Of a stretch of DNA of 64,000 nucleotides, positions 27,751 through 40,990 are shown piece after piece. Below the pieces are notes generated by a model. The model saw only the letters and a program-made list of their open reading frames with translations. It was not told the DNA's origin and searched no databases. The stretch comes from Ramazzottius varieornatus. Lineage: Eukaryota > Animalia > Tardigrada. The first letter of the stretch is position 1, and every line of letters begins with the position of its first letter. The position numbers were made by a program, and so were the translations under genes. Location of the stretch: the NCBI GenBank assembly GCA_001949185.1, contig BDGG01000002.1, forward strand, positions 4,578,448-4,642,447, given 5' to 3'.

Positions 27751-28135
27751 GATAGTATTCTTGGATCCTTTCGTTGAGGCAGCAGATAAACAGACGATTC
27801 TCCTCCAGAAAAGAAAATTGCTACTAGCTATACAGTGGCGGAGTCATGCATAATCATGTATGACGCCGACAGTACTGTGGTGACAGTGGTGTAGTTAGGA
27901 TTTTTCCTAAAGTTCATAAGCATATACACACGCAGGCGTGAGTGGTAGGTGATTTGCGTCTGGCAAACGTAAATGTCAAGACGTACTTCACATCACGTGA
28001 TAACGTGTCGTGCTGTAAAGCGGCATTCTTCCGTATTCGGGTTTCTTCTACTCAGGGAGCTTAATTCCCCGAAGATCCTGGAATGAACTATGGGACTCGA
28101 AAATGAACGTCCATTGACCGCTCCAGTATGCCGCA

Positions 28136-28937
28136 CAGTGTTGAACGCGTTATCGGTATTACCCGGTGATCCCTGTAAATGGTACCGATTTCGGAGTATC
28201 AATACGTTACCGAGTACTGAGATGCGATAACGACACCTTACGGGAGGTATTTCAGGTATTTACCCGGCACTACCGGTCGTTCAAGCTTGCCGGAAGATAC
28301 CGAAAGTACAGCAGAAATCTCGAAAAATTAACCTAACACCGGCTGTCTTCCCTACAATTGCGTTCGGTTCTTGGTGGAAACGAAGATCGCATCGATCTGC
28401 GTGCGTGCACATGGATACAGGCCAAACCTGCCTGTCTACTACATAAGTGAGCCCATGTGCGCCACATACATGGGCAGTTGGTGCGTCCATTGCCTGCCAG
28501 TATTCTGACATAATAATTTTGTGTTAGTTGCTCTAAGACTAGACTTTTCAGGCTGGTCTGCAGATTACGTCCGCCTCTGCAATCTCGGGAAAGTTTGAAC
28601 GCGTATTTACAGGCAGGGACTTCATAGACGGCAAACTGAACAACAAAATAACATCCAAGAATCTCACTCTAGTTACATTTCCGCACGGAAGTTTCGCGTA
28701 CGGTGCAGTGTCCCAGCTTAATGAATTCGGTTGTGATGTATAGCGGTTTAAGTTTTGACGGTGTTTTCAAACGGATAGGAATTTGTTTTCCCGAATACCT
28801 CCACTTACTCATTTTGATCTGTACTTTACCGGAGGTATTAACGGTACTTCGGGAGGAATACCGATACTTTAACGACAAGCACAGCTGAAATACTCTACTC
28901 TACCGAGTACTGAAAACCCAATACCTGTTCAACTCTG
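28136..28937. mobile_element. Non-autonomous hAT-like DNA element
   Basis: Imperfect TIRs cagtgttgaac / gttcaactctg, flanked by a perfect 8-bp TSD ATGCCGCA (28128-28135 and 28938-28945). No transposase ORF. Confidence 0.85.
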
Positions 28938-29907
28938 ATGCCGCAGTGACGTAATGCTCTTGATTGCTGGTGTCGATTGAAGGCATCATGGATGACCGAA
29001 TAGCGTGCCAAAACCAGGTGAAGATGCATGTCCGGTTCGAAATCTGACGGAACAGCTGATCGGCTGAACTGCAATCTGTTTAATCAAACTTCCAATCAAA
29101 GACTTTACGTTACTGTAGTAGTTGAGGTCCGTTGCTTCCTGGTCGTGTGGTTTATTCCAGGATCGTCGGGGGATTAGCTCCTTAGCTCGTATTGTATCAT
29201 AGAAGATACTCTCCTTTATCGTTTTGGTGGGACGGTTTGACCGTCGGGAGGTGGGGACAGGCATAGTTCCCTTTGTGAGGCTTGAGTCTCCTAAGTCAAT
29301 TCGAAGTTCACCGCACACTTCCTAATGAGTTGGGCTGTTAGTCACGTACCGTCGCCCGTCGGTACCGAAGAAGTGAGGATTATTACTAAGTCTTGCGCAG
29401 TAGTTGTAGATGACAACAGACCTGTTTCGCAAGTCACGTTTCGGCTCTGGATAGAATAAAATCTCATGATTTTTACTATTTTATACTGTGTCAGTTTCTG
29501 TGCAGAAACCGTTTCGCGGTTTGCTCACTTCCGGCACAGAATATTAGCATAAAGGGATATTAGGTCGCGCGAGTTCAGCAGGGCCTCGGAATTCGCGGGG
29601 CCTGTCATTTAGCCTTCTACTGGATAAAGCCCGGACTTCTTTCGCTTTTTCTGGCGATAGTTTCGGGAAGACAATTATCTCTTCCTAACTCCAATGCTAG
29701 TTTCGGTCGAAAACATGATGGATTAGAAGGAACGAGAGCGGAAGTCAAGTGGCGCAATGTGGGAGAGGCGTGTAGCTCGGATCACTTGACGCGCCAAGTC
29801 CAATTCGCTGATTGGCCCGATCACGCTCCACTCCACCAAAGTTTCAAATTTCGACCAAAGTGGTCAATAGTACAATCAACTCAGCTTGCACAGAATTTGA
29901 ACTTGAG

Positions 29908-30682
29908 CCGTGGATAACTGCACAGGATAAAACCTATACTTCTGCTGTGCAAGCCGAAAACATGACTTGCGAAACAGGTCCAATACTTGCGTAATATAAT
30001 ATTAATTTTCTAGTCAACCGTTCCGAAAAAAATTCAATCGATTTGATCTGTACCGCGCCTCAAGCGAAGAAGAACTGTACCGCGCCTGCCGCGAACTCTG
30101 AATAGTCCGTGGATAACTGCACAGGATAAAACCTATACCGCGCCTTCAAGCCGAAGAAGAACTGTACCGCGCCTGCCGCGAACTCTGAATAGTCCGTGGA
30201 TAACTGCACAGGATAAAACCTATACCGCGCCTTCAAGCCGAAGAAGAACTGTACCGCGCCTGCCGCGAACTCTGAATAGTCCGTGGATAACTGCACAGGA
30301 TAAAACCTATACCGCGCCTTCAAGCCGAAGAAGAACTGTACCGCGCCTGCCGCGAACTCTGAATAGTCCGTGGATAACTGCACAGGATAAAACCTATACC
30401 GCGCCTTCAAGCCGAAGAAGAACTGTACCGCGCCTGCCGCGAACTCTGAATAGTCCGTGGATAACTGCACAGGATAAAACCTATACCGCGCCTTCAAGCC
30501 GAAGAAGAACTGTACCGCGCCTGCCGCGAACTCTGAATAGTCCGTGGATAACTGCACAGGATAAAACCTATACTTCTGCTGTGCAAGCCGAAAACATGAC
30601 TTGCGAAACAGGTCCAATACTTGCGTAATATAATATTAATTTTCTAGTCAACCGTTCCGAAAAAAATTCAATCGATTTGATC
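29908..30682 (+). repeat. 141-bp direct repeat pair bracketing the minisatellite
   Basis: 29908-30048 matches 30542-30682 (ccgtggataactgcacagg...atcgatttgatc). Confidence 0.9.
30048..30573 (+). repeat. 87-bp tandem minisatellite, about 6 identical units
   Basis: The anchor ctgtaccgcgcctgccgcgaactc recurs at 30075, 30162, 30249, 30336, 30423 and 30510. Confidence 0.95.
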
Positions 30683-30707
30683 AAAGATTAACCATGTTTG
30701 GTAGCAG

Positions 30708-30933
30708 TTTTGGATGAGGCAACCACCGTGGCGGGTCTTCAAGCCGAAGAAGAACTGTACCGCGCCTGCCGCGAACTCTGAATAGTCTAAGTGAGCGTCG
30801 GACACCGGATAAGCCTGGGGGTCTTCCACGACCTAGTTGCGGGCATCGCTGGGCAGCTGGACGGTGAAGGATGGTGGCAGGCCTTTGAAGGGCACGGACA
30901 AAGTACCCGGAGGAGCCCGATTGAGCAGGATGG
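30708..30933 (+). pseudogene. Degenerate duplicate of the ABCD4 last exon
   Basis: Reads [31 protein letters not shown], versus [33 protein letters not shown] at 26268-26482. Contains stops and indels. Confidence 0.88.
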
Positions 30934-31228
30934 TTCCTGACGACACGCGCGAGTGCGCCGCATGACCGAGTAAGGTGCAAAAGCCGAACGCCGGTAAGCT
31001 CAATGTATTCGGTAAGATGTCCAGTAATTTTTCAAATTTCGCAAAAGCAGGCGAAATGGCTTTTACAGTACTAGGAAACCGGTTGGCAAACTCCGTGATG
31101 GGAATACTCCTAGTGTACGGTGAAATGAATGACATAAAAACTGAAATGATAAGGTAAAAATACCACAACGCTGTATCAAAACGAAGCGGAAGACTGAGAA
31201 TGGTAGCGGATTCTGAGGGATCTAGCTA

Positions 31229-32203
31229 TCAGGCCTTGTTGGCACTAGCACTGGCCAGAAGGTTGACGAATTCGGCAGAGAAACGATGGATATCCCAAGG
31301 CCCACGTGAGGATAGATACTTTCCGTCCAGCAAAGCAAACCCGTCGGGCTTGGCATCAGTGTCGTGGTGAGGAATGACGAAGCCAGGACCTTCCTCAAAG
31401 TCTTCTGGTTTAGCCAAGTGCTCCTTCACAGCGTCTTCCACGTATGTCTCTGGGTAAGTCAGGAAGTAATCTCCCAGCCACAGACGAGTCAAGTTATGGC
31501 AGGCCATCTCTTGCCACCTGGTGAATGTGGTCGTCTTCTTCCCATACAGGACCGATTTACCTGGTGGGAAAAGCCTCATCATTAACGGAAGTAATAATCG
31601 CACGGTGGGAAATAGATGGGACAAAAGCAGTAAGTCGGTCACCACTGATTCTTCCTGCACCAAGAGGCTTATGACATGAGATCACACAGCAGCAAAATTT
31701 TGGGGTGGCCGACTCCAATCCTTTGCATGCGGCACCATAATCTTGCCTGTTTTGGGATGGACGCTTCGAGATGTCAACAGGACGCCACGACAAACAGCCG
31801 CCACTGGTTTCTCTTGGTCGAACATCTCCCCGATAACCTTCTGAACGATGGCAGATTCGAGGTACTCGCGAACGGGCTTGTCGTGACCACCAGGAAGGAA
31901 GATGGCATCGTAATCTTCGGATCGGATGTCAGTCCACGGCACTGGTTTCTGAAACTCTTCGCTTGCTTCCATTTGATGATACAGATTTTGGGTGTCTTGG
32001 TCACAACCGAGTGTACTGGCTAGAAGTCCAAGATCTTTGCCTGTAAGGATACGCTCGTCAGCTCGCGCTGGTGTCCCGTCAGGAGTGGCGAAAACGACGG
32101 TATGCCCAGCAGCTTTGAGGTAGCTCCATGGCACCGATACTTCGGTAGGTTCACATCCGTAGCGTGGCAGTGGCACCAGAATCTTGAGTCCCTTGGTTGT
32201 CAT
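31229..32203 (-). CDS. DJ-1/PfpI protein, bacterial-type, copy B
   Basis: Exons 32203-31747 and 31560-31229 (262 aa) with a GC-AG intron. Exon 1 is nearly identical to copy A; exon 2 is diverged. Confidence 0.85.
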
Positions 32204-33670
32204 GATAGTATTCTTGGATCCTTTCCTTGGGTCGGCGAGTAAGCACAAGGCTGTTCTGCAGCAATGAAAGAGGAATCGATATGTATCAAGATAGCTAAAT
32301 TAGTTACCGTAGGGTTTTTCCCACGCTCGTAAGCTCGCGGAAATGCGGCGCTTGCTGCTTGTAGTGTGCACACTGCAGTCAGCTGTGCTTTGAGCGTTCG
32401 TACAAATTCTTCCCCTGGCTCCCCCGAAAGGCCCGGTCCTCGGTGCGGTCGTTCTTTTGTCTCGGACTCTCAAGTCTCAACTCACTTTTGCCTGCGATGC
32501 CACGATTCCGAATCGAAGAAGCTTTCTATGATTGGACACACAGTTTTCAGGATATTCCGATAAGAACATGCGCTCGGGACTCAACTTGACTATGCGCTCA
32601 GGGCTCAAGAGGATCAAATTCGTCCATGCTGCCAACGTGTGAGTTCCTCCAGAGTCCAGACGGTTCCCCGTGGCCAAAGTTCCCACAGGGTGCTTCGAAC
32701 TCCAAGTTCAAGTTAAGCACTGTTTGTTTCCTGCAATGCGAACTAATTCAAAAGTACTTGGACTCACCCAAGAGGTCCCATTACCCTTCAGCTTTTAATG
32801 GGGTTGACAAGGCGCTGCTTCCTGGTCAAAGTTGACCAGAATGCGAATGTTCTGTGTCATGGACTCCTGGTCGCACCGGTCGCGACGTTTTCGAGTTCCG
32901 TAACTCTACACTTAAAGCACAGCTGGGATCAGTCTCCATTGATGTGTTGCTGTTTTACTGAAAAAATGTAATCGTGGGAGGTCACGTTTACCAAATGCAA
33001 TTTCGCATGCACCTCGGTTCTTTTGGGAGTGCCGATCATGGGTGCAGATGGGCTGGCATGATTAGGAGTTTACCATTTCACTTACGCTGAGGGATGACTG
33101 TGCTTCTCAATTTCGCTCGTAATTACAGGCTACCCGTTCGGGCTCATCATAGCACAGATTCCCTTATGGCTTTCCTCTACGCGCAGAAAGGGATGACAAC
33201 TGATGCAACTATGAGATCACTAATTTACGACCGTGACACTATTAGCTGATGTTGCCGTCAACGCCGCACAATAGGCGTGTACTTTTATTGAAAAGTGAGC
33301 TGGTTCCCGGAGACGCGCAGATCAGATTTTCGTTTGGCCTATGTTGCGCATGGCTGTCGTCGGTCGTACGATCCACAACCCTTGACTGTGTAATAAGATC
33401 AAATTAGACCAAGTGCTGGCTAATCTTGTCAAATGTTCACATGCGTCTTCAGCGACGGTCGCCAGTGTGAGAGAGGTTCTCCAAGCTGTGTAGTGAAGAT
33501 TCTATACCGGGCTGCAAGTACGAACAAGTGTTGTCACTGTTTAATATGGTAGCGAGCTGCAGGTCGCGAACTTCCCGCTCGAAATCTTCCGGACGTGTCT
33601 AACCACAAAGGCCAGAAACAAAAGAGCGCAGGTTTTCGTTCAGGCAGATCCGTTCGGCTGAGAGCATTAT

Positions 33671-33795
33671 ACTGGATGTGGGCAAATGATTTGAACCAGA
33701 TCGTTTTCTAAAGTGGCGCATGCTCTCAGTCAATAACAACGAAAGGTGCGCCGCTTGAGATAATAATGCTGTTCAACATATTTCCGCGCATCCCA
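33671..33795. repeat. Dispersed palindromic element, copy 5
   Basis: gggcaaatgatttgaaccagatcgttttctaaagtggcgca-N26-tgcgccgcttgag. Confidence 0.8.
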
Positions 33796-34726
33796 TACAG
33801 TAGAAGACTCAACGATCTAGCTTACTTTTCAGCGGAAGAACGGAGCCTTTCGCTCTTGAACGTCTCAGGTGTGAAAAATTTAGGGATGCTTGCGTCAGTG
33901 AATTTAAGGAGGCTTTTCCTGCCCACGTATGCATGTACGGAATAGGTGTCTGCTAAGTGAGCATCTCAAGTCTTACTTTTATCAAAATTCCTGGTAAATT
34001 TCTCTTCTGAATGGCTTGAAGTGTAGCTGGTAGCGGAAGTAAAAAGCCGGATCAAAGTGTGTAAGAGGATCGCTCAGCTGCGTTCATTACACCACAATGA
34101 TTCCCCACGGCAAGAGCTCACAATTACATTAATGCGGTGACAAGAGGGCTAGGATCCCGGGGACTAAGTGTCATGACGTCGACGTGCGTTAGGAGGAAGA
34201 ACTAGACTTGAAGGTGTGGGCCAAGGATTGTTTGCCCAGTGACTGCAGTCGCAAGTGGGATATCGTCAAACACGCCAGCCAACCCTTGGTTGAGCTATTA
34301 GGGCACTTTGCTTGTGTACGTTCCAATGTTCTTGTCCTGCTTCGTACAGGTTATAAAGTGAGCCAGAGCGTCCATCTCGCGTTGTTTCTTCCTGGTCCTC
34401 TGAGCTTTGTGTTAACGTTGATGGGTTGGAGGTCAACGGGACGACCAGCTTATATATACGCAATGAAGATGTCATGGGCGCGCTCGTAAGCCGCTTACTG
34501 TCAAGTTTCCAATTTTCTCTACTGAGCTGAGAAGTGAGCCATTTGGTAATTAAAAAACCCGCTGATCCCTCGCCAAAGGGCGCGGAACTTTCTCGGATTG
34601 AGCGGAGACCTCCGAGCCTTGCTATAAATCTTTTAGCTGTCCCTTCGTTCAGTTTCATTTCACGTCCTCCGGTCGACGGTTCTCCATCATCTGACCGCGA
34701 GCGACCGTAGCCGCCTTTCAGTACCG

Positions 34727-36700
34727 ATGGCTTTTTACTTCGTATTGTTTTCCTCGCTTGCCTTGTCCGCTTATGGATACACGGTTCCTGAACAGGTAAT
34801 ATGGCCAATCAACAGCTCGATTTTTGCCGGTTTTGAGACGCCGGCAGGTGACTTCAATATAAATGGTTTCTCAAGCGGCGCACACTTTCAGGCAATAACA
34901 ATGTGCGCCACATTAGATAGTTTAGTTCAGTTCCCGTCTGTTTCATTTGTCGCATTTTTGTGGCTTGAACTCTAACATTCATTTTATGTTGCAGTTCTTG
35001 GAGTACTACAACGAGCTGGAAGGGAACTTGGGGAACAAGATGGCTTTGAACCCAGCCAAAGAACAACTCACAGGTATCCACGCTTTGTTCGAACGTTCAT
35101 TACGACATGCTTTGTGGACTTCACTATCGAGTTATGTAATGCTGACCGAAGTGCCTTTGTGTGTTTTTCAGAGTGCATAGAAATGCGCGGCGAACCTGGC
35201 GTTTATCAGGTTTCCAGTGCTGGGCAGCAGATGGCTTGCGGGATCTTTCTTGTTGGTCCAGTGGACGCACAAGTGGAGATTGACTTCCTCACTTTCGATG
35301 TTGACTGCAAGGATGGAGGCATTGTTGGCGTAAGTTATGTCGGTTCTGTGTTTGCCGTAGCTTTGGATAACCGTCATCCAGCAGTCACATAATCACGTCA
35401 CTCAAAATTTGATCCTTACCTGAGAAGCTTCTGACAAAAGGGTGTCGGCGATCAGCTTTCCGCGCATAGTGCAGTGAAAATTCCCATTGTCTCAGGGAGA
35501 AAATATTCTAAAGAGATGTTTACATTTTGGTAAACTTTTGTTTCTCCATCATTTTGTCGGAGATTATTGAACCGGCCAACCTTGTCCGTTATATAGACGT
35601 CTGTATATAGACTGTAGTAACTGTTTATTTCGGTTTGAAAGAAAGCCATTATTATTGGTGTTGGCACGTAGGTTCTGGACGGATGGGAGCAAAATGGTGC
35701 CGTATTTCCGGACGCCGAAGACATGGGACAAGATGGGGTTCGACACTTGACATACTGTGGTCACAACCGTCCAAAGCATGTTTTCCGATCAACGGGTAAC
35801 ATGGCTCTCGTTCAATACCGCCTTCCAGGAGCCGCAACTGGTTTCATCATCCGAGTAACCTTCCCCACGAACCCAAGACGTAAGCGCGTCCTCCATTGAA
35901 ATTTCAAATCGTCAACGAGGCTCTTTCTGATTGCTCCACTCGACGTCTAAATTGATAGTAAAACTGTCAAGAGGCTGTACTGCCGCGTGACATATTTCCG
36001 TTGTAGCGTGTAACATTGTGTCGGCTCTTCCCGAGGGCAAGTTCACCCTGCGCAACTACGGCCTGAAGGTTAACTGCAGTGTGATGGCCATGTATCCCGA
36101 ACGACTGACCTTCACTTACGTCAATGTTGGCGTCAATGAAGCCTTGAAGGCCGGGTCACATGCTATCTCGGCGCTCAAGCCCTCCGGAAAGGTAACATCT
36201 TGGAAATAAATGGGTCAATAAACAGGAAAAATCGTTCGAGCTGTCTCAGTTTGACATGAAGGTCTTGGATAACAGTTGTAATGCTCTTTTATTGGTGAAC
36301 TAGAGCTTTTGTCATCAGAAATTACTGTATGCTTGCTGACTATCTATTGCAGTGTTCCGCCGGAAGTAAGGAAGACGTCGTTGAAATTCGAGGCGGTGGG
36401 GCGATCGAACTAAAACGCACTAGCGTATTCAAAAAATATTGCGGCTTTCATCCATTCACCCGTAAGTTATTTCTGGTTCGTTTAAGGTGACTTTCGCATT
36501 GCTCAGAGATAATAGCTTTTCGGTATTTCAACAACGGGAGAATGTTATTGACAGGCGAATCGCACAACGTCCTGTGTGGAGCGACGATAGTTCGTCTAGT
36601 CTCCAGCGGCAAGTACGACAACATGGTGAATGTCGAGCTAGCTGAGCCTCTAGAGGAATCCCTGTCTGACATGGAGATGGACAAGATTTCAACCTGCTAA
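34727..36700 (+). CDS. CRHBP: Corticotropin-releasing factor-binding protein homologue
   Basis: Signal peptide, then spliced CIEMRGEPG...CGIFLVG...VEIDFLTFDVDCKDGG|VLDGWEQNGAVFP...NMALVQYRLP, FTLRNYGLKVNCS, LCGATIVRLVSSGKYDN. Confidence 0.88.
34831..34950. repeat. Dispersed palindromic element, copy 6 (CRF-BP intron 1, shorter spacer)
   Basis: gagacgccggca...tcaagcggcgca-N21-tgcgccacatt. Confidence 0.65.
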
Positions 36701-37686
36701 TTGTATTCCTGATGATCCGCTTAACTTTTTGCTTTTCTCACAGCAACCTGTGATGAGATGATCTCGATGGTAAAATTTTCTTTTCCCTCTTGCACAGGAA
36801 TGCTGACGTTCTCAAGTTCATGACGAGCTTTGACGACATTAGGGACCTGCCTGGTGAACTAATTGGCTGCGTAGCTTGCTTCCATAAAACTTTCTCCGCT
36901 AATCATCATCACCGTTTTTGCTCCACTGATAGACTAGACCACTATGAGAAAATGTAGCGCTCGCCTGCTCCCTGTTACTCATTCAACTGGAAGAGCAATC
37001 GTGCGCACTGAACGGGGTAGCAATGTCGGCCTTAAAAGTTTTGACTTCCGGGTGCGGTCCGGCAAGATAGGATACCTCCCTCGAGAGTCTCTTGTTGGCA
37101 GCTTTACAATATATCGAGTCAAAAAAGTATTGATGACAAGGTAGATGAGACATAAAGCATAGAAGAGTGGCAAATGCAACTTTAGGTGGCGAACCATGCT
37201 GACCATTGTCCAGGCGCTGTGGGTTCGCACCTTGGATACACTTGTACGCTGCGTTATGTACACCGGTACACTGGACAAGGTTTAATGAGAGCTATCGAAT
37301 GATTTCAGGCTCTTATTGATTGGTCGCCGAGCGGATCTCAGTTGACGGCTGCTTCCGTAGTTTGTGATCTCCCAGGTCTCAGAAGAAATCTTCCAGTAGT
37401 TCTTGTGGTATCCTTGGACATTTGTTGATGAACACTGAACGGTAATCAGTGCGAAGTAGAGCTTGGAGCTGGAGTACCAAATCTTATACGTCAAGCTGCT
37501 CAAGCATCCCTTCTCGTACCTAACTCGTAAGTACTAAGTAGAGGCTCGATAACGTGTCTTGATATCCAAAAGTTCCTTTGCAGTTTGCACTGTTTCGCTT
37601 GCAGGTTTTGAGGTTAATGCGCTTGCAGGTTGGAAAGAACCATCTCTGCGGCCTCCTCATCAGGTCCTTCCAAAGTCTGCATCAAG

Positions 37687-39512
<1,826 letters not shown>

Positions 39513-39856
39513 TGTTTGCAACTGATGTCAGTATGAGTATGCTCTCTAATATCATGTCACGTTCCGCAATACTCTAAATTTTATCCGCGTAGTTCTTCCT
39601 GTTTTCAAGGTATGTGGTCATCGTTCTTATTTTAACGCCAAGTACTTAGTCTTTCTCATTTTTGGTTTTAGTATACGTCTTCATCTGTGATGCTATTCTG
39701 TCATTCTAGAAGAGTAAACGTTCCAGTTCCACAACCGAACAACGGGATGGTAGAGCTCGGAAGCTACTCTGGCAAAACCTGATGGTGGTCTTAGCTCAAG
39801 CTGAAGCTTCTATTTTTTATAAACGATACAGTGTATCGTACGGAAGTCCAGGTCCC

Positions 39857-40990
39857 TCAAGGTGCTTGGAGACTGGCATTTCCTGTAAGCGGTGATGGAG
39901 GAAGCATGCTACCTCCAGCATTCATTTGGGAAGGCATCATACCCATGGGGAACTGGGCATCTCCTTGGTAGTTGGTCTGACTGAACCCGGGACGTTCTCC
40001 CATCTGGCTTTGTGGTTGGTACGGCTGGGGCATTGCCATGTTCATCATCTCCCACTGAGCCTGCGGACCATCATGTCCATGAGGCTTCTTGTCTTCCTCG
40101 GATTCGGACGACTGTTCGAACACCAGGTTGGTCTTAGTCTCCAGTTTCACCTTCACATGTCCGCCTTTTAGAATCTGTCGTAGGATGGCAGAGGCGACTT
40201 TGTTCTCGTTGGAGTGACCGGGTCGCTGAGGTTCTTGCGGAGGTCGCACGAATGGTGGTAGCTGGGAAGGATCAAATGGAGAGGATGGCATTGGGTGCAT
40301 CCAGCCGTTGCCTTCAGGCCTTTGACTGCTCGACCAAGAACCCATTGGTCCCGGGAAGCTGGACTGCGAATTCCACTCTGAAGGACACTGCGCACATGGA
40401 AAGGGAAAGGATGCGGAAGGCATCTGCGTATCGTTCGAAGAACCTTTAATGGGAAAGACCGGCATCGGCATCAATGGCATGGGCACGAAATTCGAATTCT
40501 GAGGAAAACTTGCGATCTGATCGCCGTTGGCGAAAACGTCAGAGGAACCCCATCCGGGTGAGGCTCCTTCGAAGTCTGTAGGTAAGGATTCTGCAGAAGG
40601 TCCATCACTGCTGGTTCCGTTGGTCACAACTCCTCCAATGGGTACTTTAGTGTTAGTCGTAGGTCCGGCTGGCTGGGAACCGTTGAGAGACTGGGATTTT
40701 GATGGCACAGTGTCTTCCGCGAACGAAAACGCTGGACTGGAACCGCGAATCGGTGAGGCCGCCGACTGGGCAACTGAATAAGCTGGAGCAGCGGGAGGTA
40801 ACGGGCGGACTGGAAGGACTTGCGAAGTCGGACTTCCGGGAGGCTTATCCGCGGCTGATCCACCGGATGAGGTCGAGTTGTTGAGTGCAGCTGGCTTGCC
40901 GTGGGGGTTTCGTAGTGGTAAGTTGAGGCGCTGAGCGTATGTGACGTGTCCTGCCGCCACCAGGAATAACAGGACGCGGAGGGAACTCAT
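39857..40990 (-). CDS. Secreted Pro/Ser/Gln/Met-rich low-complexity protein (single exon, 377 aa)
   Basis: Uninterrupted ORF with signal peptide MSSLRVLLFLVAAGHVTYA and disorder-promoting composition. No recognisable domain. Confidence 0.7.
   Translation of the reverse strand: MSSLRVLLFLVAAGHVTYAQRLNLPLRNPHGKPAALNNSTSSGGSAADKPPGSPTSQVLPVRPLPPAAPAYSVAQSAASPIRGSSPAFSFAEDTVPSKSQSLNGSQPAGPTTNTKVPIGGVVTNGTSSDGPSAESLPTDFEGASPGWGSSDVFANGDQIASFPQNSNFVPMPLMPMPVFPIKGSSNDTQMPSASFPFPCAQCPSEWNSQSSFPGPMGSWSSSQRPEGNGWMHPMPSSPFDPSQLPPFVRPPQEPQRPGHSNENKVASAILRQILKGGHVKVKLETKTNLVFEQSSESEEDKKPHGHDGPQAQWEMMNMAMPQPYQPQSQMGERPGFSQTNYQGDAQFPMGMMPSQMNAGGSMLPPSPLTGNASLQAP

Noticed and set aside
29746-29800. Possible extra copy of the palindromic family (caagtggcgca...cgcgccaag); a similar weak candidate lies near 62100-62190
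   Set aside because: The 29.7-kb candidate has a 33-nt spacer and no outer arms, and the 62.1-kb candidate has a degenerate left arm. Neither was counted.
30048-30573. CRISPR-like array
   Set aside because: Units are identical end to end with no unique spacers, there are no cas genes, the context is eukaryotic, and the unit derives from local sequence.
30060-30617. 185-aa repetitive ORF as a real gene
   Set aside because: It is a by-product of the 87-bp (3n) repeat, partly antisense to a pseudo-exon, with no independent coding evidence.
26820-32203. Bacterial contamination explaining the DJ-1/PfpI genes
   Set aside because: Both copies have spliceosomal introns and were co-duplicated with an animal ABCD4 exon.
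34266-34808. 180-aa minus-strand ORF
   Set aside because: It is antisense to the CRF-BP promoter and first exon, has a non-ATG start, and has no domain.
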